The notes under the pieces are model-generated. The model worked only from the letters and a program-made list of their open reading frames with translations, searched no databases and was not told where the DNA came from. 52,945 nt of DNA from an uncultured Planctomycetaceae bacterium (lineage in GTDB: Bacteria > Planctomycetota > Planctomycetia > Pirellulales > Lacipirellulaceae): contig CAWWCC010000001.1 of NCBI GenBank assembly GCA_963935315.1, positions 1-52,945 on the forward strand, written 5' to 3'. Both the position numbers and the translations under genes were made by a program. This document shows, piece after piece, positions 50,403 through 52,945 of the stretch (positions are counted from its first letter, which is position 1; each line of letters starts with the position of its first letter).

Positions 50403-52901
50403 TCCAATCCAAAGGCGCCAGCCGGAGGAACTTCAATACCTGTTGTGTTTGTTAGCCTCAGTTTTGGCAAGAAGCGAGGCTCGACCATTAGCTTGGCTCC
50501 CACATTATCTTTTCCTTCATCTACGTTAAAGCCTACTGTCACCAAAAGCGATTCCCCTATACGGGTAATAGAAAATGATTGGCCAATATTTCCTGCGTCG
50601 CTGAAGTCAACTGCAGTACCCGCAGTCGATATCCATTTGGGACTGAATCGATAGTTGTAGCTGGCTATAATTGCATTGCTTTTTATTGGACCATTGATGG
50701 AACGAACTCCCACATAGGCATTTCCTCGTGAAGGTCGGTTGAGGAGAACACCTGCTGAGAACATATGTAAACCGTCGCCAAAGAAGTCCGCTGCTCCGTC
50801 AGAAAGGATTGTAAACCGATCTCCCAAATGCCAGCGCGCATCGTAATCAAACAGGCCAAAATCCTGACCAAAATTATCACGGTCTTGATCAGGGAACCAG
50901 GTCACATTCGAATCAATCGTGAGCCAGTCCACGACATGCTGCTGGCCCGGCACCCCGCGTTTCGTCTGCCAACGATGACGCATTCCTGTACGCAACGTCA
51001 TTAGGTCGTCAGCAATTTCCGTGGAGGGTGAGGTAACCCATCTCTGCAAACCACTACGTAAAGCATAGGTTGTGGGAAAGAACTTCGGATTCTTGATTGT
51101 AGGGGGTAAGGTTGCATCAAAGATGCGTCGGTTAAATTCTGTAATCGCGATATCATTGAGAGGATCGTAAAGGGGCAAATCCGTAAAATTCTGATTCGCA
51201 TCGGCATAAGCAAATTCGACATCAAATACAACTTTGTGCGCCAAACCGTGCAGATTAAAGAGAGGACCATGAAAATCTGGAAATAAAGCCCAGAAAGGCA
51301 CACTGGCGCGCACACCCGTGTGGACATACGCCCGCTGTAAATCACTTCCATCCAGGCCCTGGCCCCAATGGGCCAGCTCGCCCAGGGCAAATGGCACAAC
51401 CTTCACAGGACCAACAGGCAGAGGGTAATCGATCTCCTGACGTGTTACCAGCCGTTCACCTTCCTGACCACTGCCGACTTCCCACGGTAAACCATCATCA
51501 AACTGTGCTGCCAGGATTGGATTGGTCGGAGTCGTAGCATTATTCAAATTGGCATAGGCAGCCTGAGAATGCTCGAACCAGGTAATCCGGTCACCGAAAA
51601 GTGACTGCCCCAGCCAGTAGTGGTCGACTCGTGGGAGCCATTGCGTTTCGGTGAAAAAATCGTTGACCTGTCCATTTGCTTCAAGAGATAGTGAGCGATT
51701 ATCGATCAGTCGCTTTAAACGGAGACCCGTACGTGGATCTTTGTATTGGTCCCATTCCTGTTCGTAGTACTGTTCCAAAAAAGTGCGATCGCTAACCCAA
51801 CCTGTTTCAGCCGTTATCTCCCAGCCATTTTGCAAACGTTGACGATGTCGCCCGAACATTCGAAAGCGATAGTCTTCTTCTGGGAGGATCATGCGGCGAC
51901 CCAAGCCCAGGTTGTCGAACCCATCATCGCTGATTCCCCAAAAATCCCACAGTCCCGTAGTCGGTCCGACAAAATCAAAGAAATCTCCCCGGTTGTACTC
52001 AAAATCGGTACCATGTCCGAGACCTCGATCGCTTAAATAATCAAGACTTAAGCCCCAATCCGTTCCTTCCGGAGTATCTCGTATTCCGAATAGTTGGTAC
52101 GCATCAAAGTCAACCAGGACTTGGGTTCCGAAAACATTATCGTTGCCGATTCGTAGTCCATCGATGAAAAATGAAGGCTTGCTCAAATCGGTGGCAATGG
52201 TAGGCCAGTAAAACACGGGAATACCACCAACATAAACTGTATTGCCACGACTTTCTGCCAATTGGCGATGATCAATCTCTGGTTCACCCGTGTATGGGTT
52301 GAATGATTGGGATTGGAAATCTTCAAAAGAGATCTCCCCCGCACCAAAGTGATAAGTTGGTTCTTCCATGCGGCTGGTAGTAACCCATGCGCTGGTTGCC
52401 GTAAAATGCGATGCGTCAAGTTGACGAATAGCTGCGGCTCGCAAACGTACCAAACCCTGGTATTCTAACTTTTCTGTCTTGGGTAGTGGTGTTAGTAATT
52501 CAGCATTCAGGATAATACCCACTTGGCGCCGTACATCGTAGAACATGCGATCGGCATACACGACTCGATCACCTTGTCTAAATTCTATGTTTCCCTCCAT
52601 GTAGATTTCGAGTGGTGTATCCTGTGATTGCAGTGACTGTCCTACGACGCCCATTGCTCCACCGGCTGTCCAAACGACCGCCCTGTCTGTGCTGATGTCG
52701 ATCGTGCCGATTGGGCCCAGAACTGTGGGAATGTTTGATGATGCTAGTCCTTCAACGAGCACACGAATACCACCTGATGCAACAACCACACGCTCACCAT
52801 TGGGCAGTTGCCTCGAATCCAAATTAGGTGCAACATCACTGCGACCAAAAAACTGAATGCTCCGCATACCAGGTGGTAACTGCATCGTCCCGGCGGTAGT
52901 T
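50399..52901 (-). CDS. LptD/OstA-like outer-membrane LPS-assembly protein, 5'-partial
   Basis: OstA-like segment (EGNIEFRQGDRVVYADRMFYD), GIPVFYWP, LDYLSDRGLG, aromatic beta-barrel. The track's MCIRDR start is adapter sequence. Confidence 0.8.
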
Positions 52902-52945
52902 CTGTCTCTTATACACATCTGACGCTGCCGACGATACTCCTTGTG
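52902..52945 (+). other. Nextera/Illumina adapter read-through (artefact)
   Basis: CTGTCTCTTATACACATCT (Tn5 mosaic end) + GACGCTGCCGACGA + 8-nt index TACTCCTT + GTG. Confidence 0.99.

Noticed and set aside
139-52419. Numerous 60-200 aa ORFs antisense to or overlapping the called genes (e.g. 5040-5468, 13585-14115, 25278-25859, 38426-39052)
   Set aside because: These are shadow ORFs of well-supported genes, with no motifs or ribosome-binding sites.
52902-52920. Tn5/IS50 end as a real transposon
   Set aside because: It is followed by the Illumina adapter and index at the contig end, and there is no transposase.

Overview
Mostly core-genome DNA from a planctomycete. The gene set and protein styles fit Pirellulales; this is inferred, not searched. 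The contig is a library assembly that ends in an untrimmed Nextera adapter. Housekeeping genes include glyA, infA, rlmN, epmB-efp-lemA-htpX-epmA, thyA-folA, a P-II protein, an HU-like protein, glnE, miaB, fmt-def, a dgkA-like gene and a partial lptD-like gene. The main points of interest are: (1) an unannotated 186-nt rod-shaped hairpin with a central bubble and + strand G.U pairs at 32569-32754, a 6S-like ncRNA candidate; (2) a GAF-HlyD / HlyD / M50-protease-HlyD / AsmA-like / gluzincin-lectin cluster with no ABC, RND or TolC partner in view; (3) a bacterial topoisomerase VI whose B subunit carries a second, inserted H2TH-like domain; (4) two copies of a structured MITE/REP-like element; (5) many short tandem duplications in intergenic DNA; and (6) decayed loci (pqiA/pqiB joined to a glutamate-synthase fragment, and a broken CARDB gene). 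No rRNA, tRNA, CRISPR array or transposase was recognised. All product calls come from motif recognition by eye; no database was searched.
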